This document shows positions 1 through 8,428 of a DNA stretch of 46,265 nucleotides, piece by piece. Origin of the DNA: Minisyncoccota bacterium. Its GTDB lineage: Bacteria; Patescibacteriota; Minisyncoccia; Phycocordibacterales; UBA9973. Both the position numbers and the translations under genes were made by a program. How positions within the stretch are numbered: position 1 is the first letter of the stretch; every line of letters begins with the position of its first letter. The stretch spans positions 374,104-420,368 of the forward strand of contig DAOQAL010000001.1 of assembly GCA_035353995.1 (NCBI GenBank), given 5' to 3'. The notes below the pieces were generated by a model, which saw only the letters and a list, made by a program, of their open reading frames with translations, searched no databases and was not told the DNA's origin.

Positions 1-1
1 A

Positions 2-742
2 ATGGAAGAAAAAATCTTAACATTAAATCATAAAGAAAAAATAATTAATCTTTTTTCTGTCATAGATAATTACCTAGATTTATCTGATAAGGGTGGATCT
101 CAAATTGTAAAAGTTCCACATGATGTATTAAACAATCTCAATATAAGTTTTGGTGAAGCAAATAGTTTAATTCAATTTGTAAATAAAAACATAGGCTCAA
201 TAGATTACTGGGTAAATATTTTAAATGGAAATCTTGAATTTACTGATGTTCAGGCTCTTTTTATGTCTGAGGAAAATGTTTCTCCCGTAGATAATGTTTA
301 CAGAGATGATGAAAAATACTTTTTAATACTAGAAATAATAAATTGGAAATTATATAAGAAAAATCTTTTATCATTCTTGCAAATAAATAAATTAAAGTTA
401 TCATCTAATGATACAAAAAAGATAGACAATGGAAATATTATTTTAATGATAGATGAAGTAAAGAAAGAAATATTCAGAAAAGATAATAACAAGTTTATAC
501 ATAGATTTCGTAAAACTCATGGTAAAAATAAAAGATTTGAATATATAATTAATATATATAATAATCCTAAAATTGGAGGTAGTGATTTGGCTAAAGGTGG
601 AACATTACAAAATTTAAGTAAGGAAATAAATAACTTAAATAAAAAGATAAAAACAGAACTTAGACTTTCAGAAAAAATAATTGTGAATGATGATAATACT
701 GGGTATCAGATTAATGACAAATATAATATTGAATTTATGTAA
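2..742 (+). CDS. Hypothetical island protein, possibly with a C-terminal winged-helix-like segment; may be 5'-incomplete at the window edge
   Basis: 246-aa ORF in very AT-rich DNA upstream of the recombinases. The C-terminus (LQNLSKEINNLNKKIK...IIVNDDNTGYQIN) resembles OmpR-type wHTH ends by eye only. Confidence 0.45.
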   Translation: MEEKILTLNHKEKIINLFSVIDNYLDLSDKGGSQIVKVPHDVLNNLNISFGEANSLIQFVNKNIGSIDYWVNILNGNLEFTDVQALFMSEENVSPVDNVYRDDEKYFLILEIINWKLYKKNLLSFLQINKLKLSSNDTKKIDNGNIILMIDEVKKEIFRKDNNKFIHRFRKTHGKNKRFEYIINIYNNPKIGGSDLAKGGTLQNLSKEINNLNKKIKTELRLSEKIIVNDDNTGYQINDKYNIEFM

Positions 743-780
743 ATAATCTAGTTAACCTTAACTTGTTGTTATTTTATCTA

Positions 781-810
781 AAAATGAGCCTTAAAACAGG
801 GTTCATTTTT
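781..810 (+). terminator. Hairpin / probable intrinsic terminator after ORF 2..742
   Basis: AAAATGAGCC-loop-GGGTTCATTTTT inverted repeat with G:U pairs. Confidence 0.55.
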
Positions 811-869
811 ATATTACCCCAACATAATTATAACTATTTTATATCTTAAATTTTACATAAAGTTATTAT

Positions 870-1067
870 GTGAACTCAGATATTAAAAAAATTATAGAAC
901 TTCTAAGAGAAATCCATCCCAATTATTCAGAAAAGGAATTAGAAGAAAAAGCTACTAACATTTGGGAAATTTCTTTGTTTCTTATTCAGCTTCAAATTAA
1001 AAATAATATAGAGAAAGATATAAATGGAAAAATTATTGGTATTCTTCCTAAAGAAAACTCACCATAA
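870..1067 (+). CDS. Small hypothetical protein
   Basis: 65-aa GTG-start ORF directly upstream of the resolvase-domain gene; no recognisable motif. Confidence 0.4.
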   Translation: MNSDIKKIIELLREIHPNYSEKELEEKATNIWEISLFLIQLQIKNNIEKDINGKIIGILPKENSP

Positions 1068-1106
1068 TATTTGATAAAACTATTATTAATTAATTTATTA
1101 AAGATT

Positions 1107-1472
1107 ATGATTAAAAATACAAATAATGCAGTAGTATATTGCAGACATTCAAATGAAGATAAAAAAAGTTTCTTTTCAGCAGAAGAGCAATTCTCTGTAA
1201 TTAGAGATTATGCTCTTCAAAATAATTATCAGATTGTAAAAAGATTTTTTGATATAGCACCTAATCAAAAATCATTTACTGGGATTGGTATAAGTAAAAT
1301 GTTGGATTATATAAATAGAAATTATATGAAAATAAAATTTATAATTATTACTGACATGACTAGACTCTCCAGATGTGCACCTGAAATTGTAGCTCTAAAA
1401 GATTTTTTTAAGTCTCTAGGTATAAAAATACTAACATTGAATCCTAAAGAGGCTCCTAAACACATAAAATAG
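1107..1472 (+). CDS. Serine recombinase (resolvase) catalytic domain only
   Basis: VVYCRHS catalytic-Ser motif and TDMTRLSR motif; 121 aa from ATG 1107 (the track starts at TTG 1071); no DNA-binding domain. Confidence 0.8.
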   Translation: MIKNTNNAVVYCRHSNEDKKSFFSAEEQFSVIRDYALQNNYQIVKRFFDIAPNQKSFTGIGISKMLDYINRNYMKIKFIIITDMTRLSRCAPEIVALKDFFKSLGIKILTLNPKEAPKHIK

Positions 1473-1635
1473 GGTCTTAAAACAATGAAAAAGTCCTAAG
1501 CTGGGGAAGCTCTCATTTAAGAAAGTTTCCCCACAAAGGACAACATTATAAAACATAATTGCTAATTAAAATTATTTACTGAAATTTTGATATTTTCAGA
1601 ATAAGAGTTTTAATTAAGCTAGATTAAAAAAAATT

Positions 1636-3183
1636 ATGAAGAAGAAAGTAATAATTGAAAAGCCTCACAATGACATAATCTATGTCCGTGTGAGTTCCAA
1701 AGAGCAAGTGCTTGGCTTCAGTCTTGATAGTCAGGAAAAAGTTTGTAGAGATTTCTCACAAAGAAGTGAACATGAAGTTTTAATAGTTTTCAGAGAAGAG
1801 GGAGAAAGTGCTAAGACTGCTGATAGAACAGAGCTTCAGAAAATGTTAAGGTTTTGTGAAGTAAACAAAAGACAGATTGATAGAGTTGTAGTTTATAAGG
1901 TGGATAGATTTTCTCGTGATACAGCAGATTATCTTGCATTGAGAGCTTGTCTTAATAAATTAGGAATCAAGTTAGTTTCTGCTACTGAATCATTTGATAA
2001 TACACCAGCAGGAAAATTAAATGAGACCATTCTTTCTGCCTTTGCTCAATTTGATAATGATGTAAGGTCGCAGAGAACTATTGAAGGAATGAAAGCTAGA
2101 TGTTTGAAAGGTTATTGCTCTGGTGTAGCTCCTTGGGGTTATATCAATACCAAAGATAATGTTGGAACAAAGATTATTGCTCCACATCCAGACAAAGCTC
2201 CTATAATAAAAATGATGTTTCAATCATATGCTAGTGGAAAATATAGTTTCAAGGAGATAGCAAAGATGGTAAATAAAACAGGATCTAAAAGTCGGTATGG
2301 TGTTAAATTCAACAAGCAACTTGTATCTAAAATAATAAAGAATCCTATCTATTATGGAAGAATTGCGGTTGCTAAGTTTAATGTAGATATACAAGGGAAC
2401 CATGAACCAATAATTACAAAAGAATTATTTGATGAAGCTAACTCTGGTAAGAGGTCTTCAAAGAGTAGTAAGTTGGCTCGCAACAGGGATAGCCCAGACT
2501 ATCCCTTGAGGGGTATAAAATGTAGTGGTTGTGGTAAAAGTATTTCTGGTGGAAAGTCTAGAAGTAAAACAGGAAAGTATTATCAATACTATGCCTGTTT
2601 TTGTGCTGAATGTGACAAGAGAGAAGCTATAAAGAAAGATGATTTAGAAAAAGACTTTACTAAATTTCTTCTTAAACTTACTCCAAACCATAAAGATCTT
2701 GATGTTTTAGCAGAAGGAATAAAGATAGCTCATAAGGGTGAATTAAGTTATGTTGCTGAAGAAGAGCAGAAATTTAATTTAAAGATTGAAGGATTAAAGG
2801 AAAAGAAAAATAAATTATTAGATTTGAGAATTGCTGGAGAGATTTCTACTGAAGAATTTGGAAAAGCAAATGAAGACTTGAAAAAGAAAATACAGGAACA
2901 GGAAGAAGAGATGAATAAATTATCTTCACCAGTTTTGAATGTAGACAATGTGGTTAATACAGGAATTGAATTTATAAAACAATTTCCTGAAATATGGAAA
3001 CTCATAGATCCTAAAGACCTCAGAGTTTTAAGAAATCTATTTTTCCCTGAAAATCTGTATTATCACTACCCAAGTATTAAAACCCCAAAAACTTGTTGTA
3101 TTTACAACATAGAATCTCAGTTTTGTGATACTAGGTATCGTAATGTGACCCTATCGGGAATCGAACCCGAATTACCGGCTTGA
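1636..3183 (+). CDS. Large serine recombinase / integrase
   Basis: IYVRVSS catalytic motif, VYKVDRFSR, recombinase domain, zinc ribbon (CSGC...CFCAEC) and coiled coil; 515 aa. Confidence 0.92.
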   Translation: MKKKVIIEKPHNDIIYVRVSSKEQVLGFSLDSQEKVCRDFSQRSEHEVLIVFREEGESAKTADRTELQKMLRFCEVNKRQIDRVVVYKVDRFSRDTADYLALRACLNKLGIKLVSATESFDNTPAGKLNETILSAFAQFDNDVRSQRTIEGMKARCLKGYCSGVAPWGYINTKDNVGTKIIAPHPDKAPIIKMMFQSYASGKYSFKEIAKMVNKTGSKSRYGVKFNKQLVSKIIKNPIYYGRIAVAKFNVDIQGNHEPIITKELFDEANSGKRSSKSSKLARNRDSPDYPLRGIKCSGCGKSISGGKSRSKTGKYYQYYACFCAECDKREAIKKDDLEKDFTKFLLKLTPNHKDLDVLAEGIKIAHKGELSYVAEEEQKFNLKIEGLKEKKNKLLDLRIAGEISTEEFGKANEDLKKKIQEQEEEMNKLSSPVLNVDNVVNTGIEFIKQFPEIWKLIDPKDLRVLRNLFFPENLYYHYPSIKTPKTCCIYNIESQFCDTRYRNVTLSGIEPELPA

Positions 3184-3217
3184 AAAGCCGATGTCCTAAC
3201 CGTTAGACGATAGGGCC
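3146..3217 (-). tRNA. tRNA-Glu(TTC)
   Basis: Minus strand GGCCCTATCGTCTAACGGTTAGGACATCGGCTTTTCAAGCCGGTAATTCGGGTTCGATTCCCGATAGGGTCA folds as a cloverleaf with anticodon TTC; CCA not encoded. Confidence 0.95.
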
Positions 3218-3270
3218 ATGAAAAACTTTTGGCATCTATCGTCCTGAAAAATGAATGGGCGATAGGGCCA
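3208..3270 (-). repeat. 52-bp tRNA-Glu leader unit, one copy bounded by the 11-bp repeat CGATAGGGCCA
   Basis: CGATAGGGCCA at 3208 and 3260; the same unit occurs twice at 21732-21846. Confidence 0.9.
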
Positions 3271-3342
3271 ATAAAAATACTAAATTATAATAACATTTTT
3301 TTATTAAATTGCAAAAGTATCAGACATGTAGAGGCAACCCCC

Positions 3343-3398
3343 CAGAGGCAAGACCTCTGTGGTACTGTGGTGCATCAACCCCAGAGGCAAGACCTATG
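3343..3398 (+). repeat. Two copies of the palindromic AGG-CAAGA-CCT repeat
   Basis: CAGAGGCAAGACCTCTG at 3343-3359 and CAGAGGCAAGACCTATG at 3382-3398; partial copies at about 3329 and 3403. Confidence 0.9.
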
Positions 3399-3456
3399 GG
3401 GTAGACCTTGTATCTTTTTTAAAGTTGTAAAAAATGTTAAATTATAAAAGTAAAAA

Positions 3457-3543
3457 GGAGGGTTGGCTGAGTGGTTGAAGGCGCCGGTTTCGAAAACCGG
3501 AATCCCTGAAAGGGGATCACAGGTTCAAATCCTGTACCCTCCG
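3457..3543 (+). tRNA. tRNA-Ser(CGA)
   Basis: GGAGGGT/ACCCTCC acceptor stem, CCGGT-TTCGAAA-ACCGG anticodon arm, long variable arm, GGTTCAAATCC T arm. Confidence 0.95.
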
Positions 3544-3598
3544 CAGTGAAATGAATTATTTTGTTTACACAAATTAATTTTTCACTTATAATATAAAT

Positions 3599-3835
3599 AT
3601 GGAACAACTAAAAATTAATTTTGAATCAGCTGGTGAAAGAATGAGTCCAAAAGAAGAAAGGAAAGCAATAATTGAAAAATTTGGTGTTGGCCCTGGAGTT
3701 CAGGATACACTTTTTAAAAAAAACGGACAGTGGTTTGTTGAGGGGGAGAATGTAGAAGTTTGGAAAAGAAAACAAGACAAACTTTACGACCCACGTACTG
3801 ATACAACCGCAAATGGTTCTAATAGATCTAACTAA
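3599..3835 (+). CDS. Small hypothetical protein
   Basis: 78-aa ORF with TATAAT (3587-3592) 6 nt before the ATG. Confidence 0.6.
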   Translation: MEQLKINFESAGERMSPKEERKAIIEKFGVGPGVQDTLFKKNGQWFVEGENVEVWKRKQDKLYDPRTDTTANGSNRSN

Positions 3836-3837
3836 AA

Positions 3838-4782
3838 TTATTTTGTTTGAAGTGTGAGATAAATGTCCTCTAATGCACGAACTGCGTCGCCAGCTGCTAT
3901 GTTATTTTGATGATATAAAATATTTGTACAATCTCCAGCCGCCCATATACCTGGAATTTCAGTTTTGCATGTCCATGGGTCTATTTTTATTCTTCCAATC
4001 TTATCAAGTGGAATAATATCTTTTACAAAATCGGTATTAGGAATTTGTCCTACTTCAACAAAAATTCCTGAAACTTTTAATTCTTTTTCTTCTCCTGTTA
4101 CATTATCTTTATATAGTATTCCTTCTACAAATTTGTCGCCTTTAACTTCTAAAATTGCAACATTTTTTATTGCTTTCATTTTTGGATTCTTAAGAACTTT
4201 ATCAACTGTTATTGCATCTGCTTTAAAAGCGTCACCACGATTAATAAGTGTGACTGAATTGCAGTAGGCGAGTAATTGGGCAGCACTTTCAAATGCTGCA
4301 TTTCCTCCACCAATAACAGCTACATCAGCTCCTTCAAAAAGTGGTCCATCACAACTTGCACAATAAGTTAAACCTTTATGTTCTAATTCGTCTGCATTTT
4401 TTGCTTCTAATTTTCTTCTTATGCTTCCTGTAGCTACCAAAATAGTTTTTGTTTCAAATTCTTCTTCCTCAGTTTTTACTTTGAAAATATTTGTTTCATT
4501 CTGATTTGTATTTTCTTTTTTTGATACTGAAATAACTTTTGTATTTTCTTTTACAGTAAGTTTGTCTCCAACATTAGATATTACATGTTTTTTTAAGTTT
4601 TCTGCAAGTTCAGTTCCTCCTATGGAAACTGATCCAATCCAATTGTAAATAGTCTCAGAGACTGCACTTTGTCCTCCGAATTCTGTTGTAATAAAAAGGG
4701 TATTTAAGCGTTTACGAGCTGCATAAACGGCACCAGAAGCGCCAGCAGGTCCTCCGCCAATTATAATTAAATCGTATATCAT
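3838..4782 (-). CDS. trxB: Thioredoxin reductase-family FAD/NAD(P) disulfide oxidoreductase
   Basis: GGGPAG FAD motif, CASCDG redox CxxC, GGGNAA NAD(P) motif, AAGD. Confidence 0.85.
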   Translation of the reverse strand: MIYDLIIIGGGPAGASGAVYAARKRLNTLFITTEFGGQSAVSETIYNWIGSVSIGGTELAENLKKHVISNVGDKLTVKENTKVISVSKKENTNQNETNIFKVKTEEEEFETKTILVATGSIRRKLEAKNADELEHKGLTYCASCDGPLFEGADVAVIGGGNAAFESAAQLLAYCNSVTLINRGDAFKADAITVDKVLKNPKMKAIKNVAILEVKGDKFVEGILYKDNVTGEEKELKVSGIFVEVGQIPNTDFVKDIIPLDKIGRIKIDPWTCKTEIPGIWAAGDCTNILYHQNNIAAGDAVRALEDIYLTLQTK

Positions 4783-4784
4783 TT

Positions 4785-5993
4785 TTATTTTTTATTTCTT
4801 CTTAAGAATGCTGGAACAGCGCTCCAATCGTCCGTATCGTCTATTATTATTTCTTCAACAACTGGAATTGGTTTTTTTTCTATCTTTTTTGCATCCATAT
4901 TGCCATTTCCATTATTGTTATTATTTACACCTATAAAACCATTATGAATTTCTTTTTTTCCATTTTGGGAAACTTCTTCTTTTGGTGTAGTTTGATTTGT
5001 ATTCATTCCTAAACTAAAGAGACTTTTTCGTGGCATGTCAGCAGGGAATGATGTTGCTATAACTGTAACTTTTAATTCTCCTTTTTTTAATTTTTCATCA
5101 TGAATTGTTCCAAATATAACTTTCGCATCTTTATCAATTGATTCTGTAATTAATTTTGCTGCTTCTTCTATTTCATGAATAGTGATATCTTCACCTCCTG
5201 AAATTGCAAAAAGAACTCCTTTTGCTCCATTAACAGATACTTCAAGCAAAGGTGAATTTATTGCTTGCAATGCAGCTTTTTCTGCTCGTTTTTCGCCTGA
5301 TGCTGAACCTATACCCATAAGAGCAGAACCTGCGTCAGACATAATTGCTCTAATATCAGCAAAATCAACATTTATAATACCTGGAGTAGTAATAAGGTCA
5401 GAAATTCCTTCAACTGCTTGCCTTAATACTTCATCGCAAGTAGCAAAAGCGTCTTTAAAATTAGTGTTTTTATCAGCTAATTGCAATAATTTATCATTTG
5501 GTATAACGATTATTGCGTCTACTTCTTTTGCTAATTCTTCTATTCCTTTTTCGGCAATTTTCATTCTGTGATTTCCTTCGAAGAAGAATGGTTTTGTAAC
5601 TACAGCTACAGTCAATATGCCTTGTTCTTTTGCAGCTTTTGCAACAATAGGTGCGGCACCTGTTCCAGTACCTCCTCCCATACCACAAGCTATAAAAATC
5701 ATATCTGAACCTTTTACAACATCTTGAATTTCAGATTTAGTTTCTTCTGCTGCTTTTTTTCCAACTTCTGGATCCATACCAGCACCTAAACCTTTCGTAA
5801 GGTTTTTTCCAATATGAATTTTTTTATCAGCTAGTGAATGATGCAAGTCTTGAGTGTCGGTATTCATACAAATAAATTCGACTCCTTTAACTTTACCGTT
5901 GATCATGTGGTTGAGAGCATTTTTTCCTGAGCCTCCAACTCCAATTACTTTTATCCGAGCGAAACTTTCTATTATTGGGTTTACCTTTGGCAT
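4785..5993 (-). CDS. ftsZ: Cell division GTPase FtsZ
   Basis: GMGGGTGTGAAP signature, INVDFAD, C-terminal VPAFLRR core peptide. Confidence 0.98.
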   Translation of the reverse strand: MPKVNPIIESFARIKVIGVGGSGKNALNHMINGKVKGVEFICMNTDTQDLHHSLADKKIHIGKNLTKGLGAGMDPEVGKKAAEETKSEIQDVVKGSDMIFIACGMGGGTGTGAAPIVAKAAKEQGILTVAVVTKPFFFEGNHRMKIAEKGIEELAKEVDAIIVIPNDKLLQLADKNTNFKDAFATCDEVLRQAVEGISDLITTPGIINVDFADIRAIMSDAGSALMGIGSASGEKRAEKAALQAINSPLLEVSVNGAKGVLFAISGGEDITIHEIEEAAKLITESIDKDAKVIFGTIHDEKLKKGELKVTVIATSFPADMPRKSLFSLGMNTNQTTPKEEVSQNGKKEIHNGFIGVNNNNNGNGNMDAKKIEKKPIPVVEEIIIDDTDDWSAVPAFLRRNKK

Positions 5994-6116
5994 ATTTTTT
6001 TCTAATTTTTATTAATAATAAAGCTTTTTCTTATATAGATAATATAGTACAAAAAACAAAAAAAGCAAAGTTTCTATTTTTGTTAGAAACCTTTGTTTTA
6101 GAAGAATATTTTTCTT

Positions 6117-7280
6117 CTATGGCATTAACTGTTTTATACTTGATTTTAAAGCACTTTTTATATCTTTTATAAAATTTGAAAATGACCCTTCAATATAATT
6201 TTCACTGTTTTTTGAATATATTAAAAGTCCTAAAACAACAAACCAAGATGGGTCGCGAAGTTTTGTTTTTGTAGTGCCAAAAATTTCTGTTGAACCTATT
6301 TTTGACGGAAGCTTGAGTGTTGACTTTGCAAGATTCTCTAAATTAAAAGTATTTGCACCTCCACCTATAAAAACAACTCCAGCAGGAAGAAGTTCATTTC
6401 TTTTTAATTTTTTTAAATAATTTTCTATTAATTCAAAAATATCAGACAAACGAGCATCAACAATTTCATTTAATTTTTTCTTTGAATATTCTGCGGAAGA
6501 ATTTTCCAATTTTATAATCTCAGCTTTTTCAAGTGGAATTCTTAAACCAAGAGCAATATCTTTTGTTATGTCGTCTGAACCTATGGAAAATGTTTGGAGA
6601 GAAATAATTGTCCCATTTTCAAACACTGCTAAAGAAACTGTTTCAGATCCTATATCTATTAGTGCCGATCCTACTATTTTTTGTTTTTCTGAAAGAGCTA
6701 TATTTGCACCTGCGATAGGGGAAGCTGTTACGTTTATTGGTTCTACTCCAGCGTCTGTAACGGTTTCTAATAAATCTTCTAAATGCTGAGCTGAACAAGT
6801 TACAAAAAGAGTTCGTGTTTCAAGCTTATTTCCATGCATTCCTTCTGGTCGGCCTGTTATTTCTTTTCCATCTAGTTTATATGAAAGGGGAAAAGAATGT
6901 ATTACTTTTTTATTTATTAGGTTTAAATTTCTTTCGCTATCCTCTAAAACTTTTTCAATATCCAAATTTGTTATTTCACCATCAGCTTTTGACACAACGA
7001 CACTTCCACTGATTATTTCAGAATGAAGTGTAACACTGCTCATAGAAATAAAAGCACGTTTTATTTTTATACCAGAAATTTTTTCTGCCATGCTCAATGC
7101 TTTTTTTAAGCAAGCTGTAGTTTCTTCTGTGTTGACTATATATCCATGTCTTACTCCTTTCGATTCGCTTTCACCAATACCAACAATCTTAGGATATTTT
7201 TCTCCCTTTAAAAACTCTCCAACAACAACACGAATGTTGGAAGTACCAATATCAATTCCTACTGAAATATTTCTTATCAT
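6117..7280 (-). CDS. ftsA: Cell division protein FtsA
   Basis: GIDIGTS and LIDIG actin-like motifs, FIGGGA; upstream of ftsZ. Confidence 0.95.
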   Translation of the reverse strand: MIRNISVGIDIGTSNIRVVVGEFLKGEKYPKIVGIGESESKGVRHGYIVNTEETTACLKKALSMAEKISGIKIKRAFISMSSVTLHSEIISGSVVVSKADGEITNLDIEKVLEDSERNLNLINKKVIHSFPLSYKLDGKEITGRPEGMHGNKLETRTLFVTCSAQHLEDLLETVTDAGVEPINVTASPIAGANIALSEKQKIVGSALIDIGSETVSLAVFENGTIISLQTFSIGSDDITKDIALGLRIPLEKAEIIKLENSSAEYSKKKLNEIVDARLSDIFELIENYLKKLKRNELLPAGVVFIGGGANTFNLENLAKSTLKLPSKIGSTEIFGTTKTKLRDPSWFVVLGLLIYSKNSENYIEGSFSNFIKDIKSALKSSIKQLMP

Positions 7281-7641
7281 ATTTTTCTTCTGCTCTCTCC
7301 ATTTTACTACTATGTTCCATTCCTTTCAAATGTAGCATTCCGTGGATAACTAAAAATCCCAATAATTGGCGAAAAGTTTTGTTAAAATTTGCTGTTTCTT
7401 TTTTTACTACAGAAGGGCATATTATTATTTCTCCACTTTTTTTTGATAATGGAAAGGATAAAATATTTGTAGCTTTATCTATATTTCTATGCTTTTTATT
7501 TAACATTCGCATTTCTTTCGAATTTATAAAAGCAAGAGAAAGAGAAAAATCTTTTCCCAGTATGTCTTCTTTCATTAGAACAAAAGGCAAGCTTGGGAGC
7601 CTGCCTTTTGTCTTATTTAAAATAGAAAAATCATCTGACAT
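7252..7641 (-). CDS. ybeY: rRNA maturation endonuclease YbeY
   Basis: ATNILSFP and HGMLHLKGMEH (HxxxHxxGxxH). Confidence 0.92.
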   Translation of the reverse strand: MSDDFSILNKTKGRLPSLPFVLMKEDILGKDFSLSLAFINSKEMRMLNKKHRNIDKATNILSFPLSKKSGEIIICPSVVKKETANFNKTFRQLLGFLVIHGMLHLKGMEHSSKMERAEEKYDKKYFSRN

Positions 7642-7644
7642 GGC

Positions 7645-7872
7645 TTACTTTATTTTTCCTAATTTTCGTAACTTTTCATTTTCCTTTCTTTTTGCCATGC
7701 GCTTCAAAGCACTCTTTTTTGCTTTTAATTTTGACTCTTGTCTTTCGTTGTATCTGGAATTTTTAACTTTCTGAATTATATTTGACTCTTGGATCCTACG
7801 AGAGAAACGACGCAAAACACTTGCGTTGTTTTCGTTTGGATTTTTTCTAACCTCAATTACTGTTTTTGCCAT
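7645..7872 (-). CDS. rpsU: 30S ribosomal protein bS21
   Basis: Small basic protein with VLRRFSRRIQES pattern typical of S21. Confidence 0.8.
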   Translation of the reverse strand: MAKTVIEVRKNPNENNASVLRRFSRRIQESNIIQKVKNSRYNERQESKLKAKKSALKRMAKRKENEKLRKLGKIK

Positions 7873-7960
7873 ATGTCTAATAGATTAACATAAAATAAAT
7901 TTATCGCAAGTTTTTAAAAATCTTTTGACTTTTGGATAAAAAAAGATATCATTAATTATA

Positions 7961-8425
7961 ATGACATCAGAAAATTATATAACAGAAGAAAAGAAAAAGT
8001 CTCTTGAAGAAGAGCTAGAAGAGTTGCGTGGTCCAAAAAGAAAGGAGATTATTGCTACATTAGAATATGCAAAGTCTCTTGGTGATTTATCAGAAAATGC
8101 TGAATATCATCAAGCTCGTGAGGATCAAGGTAAACTTGAAGAACGTATTACAAAAATAGAACAAATATTAAGGTCTTCTAAAGTTGTATCAAGAGGAGGT
8201 GGAGATATAGTAGAAGTCGGTTCAAAAGTTGTTGTTCAAAAAGAGGGAACAGAAGATAAAAAAATTTATCAGATAGTTGGCTCAGAAGAAGCTGATATGG
8301 CTTTAGGAAAAATTTCTAATAGGTCACCTTTTGGTGAAGCACTTTTTGGAAAGAAAAAAGGCGAGAGCATTTCTTTTCAAGTTCCAAATGGAAGAGTAAA
8401 TTATAAAATAATAGACGTATCTTAA
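7961..8425 (+). CDS. greA: Transcription elongation factor GreA
   Basis: GDLSENAEY acidic tip and ISNRSPFGEAL. Confidence 0.96.
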   Translation: MTSENYITEEKKKSLEEELEELRGPKRKEIIATLEYAKSLGDLSENAEYHQAREDQGKLEERITKIEQILRSSKVVSRGGGDIVEVGSKVVVQKEGTEDKKIYQIVGSEEADMALGKISNRSPFGEALFGKKKGESISFQVPNGRVNYKIIDVS

Positions 8426-8428
8426 AAA

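Larger units (their letters stand above)
1..3183. mobile_element. Right end of a putative integrative element/genomic island at tRNA-Glu(TTC)
   Basis: Integrase abuts and overlaps the tRNA 3' end; AT-rich hypothetical cargo; the other boundary is outside the window, so no att repeat can be confirmed. Confidence 0.65.

Noticed and set aside
3343-3398. Mini-CRISPR from two repeats 39 bp apart (similarly 17115/17147)
   Set aside because: Only two degenerate 17-21 bp units per locus with no leader or cas genes; they belong to the dispersed palindrome family.
3229-3447. ORFs 3229..3447 and 21805..22041, both starting MASIVLKNEWAIGPI, look like paralogues
   Set aside because: The shared start is just translation of the 52-bp repeat; the rest is unrelated and crosses repeats or overlaps the DksA gene.
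4905-4935. Asn/Gly low-complexity run (NNNNNGNGN) in FtsZ
   Set aside because: It falls in the disordered C-terminal linker, which is normally variable.
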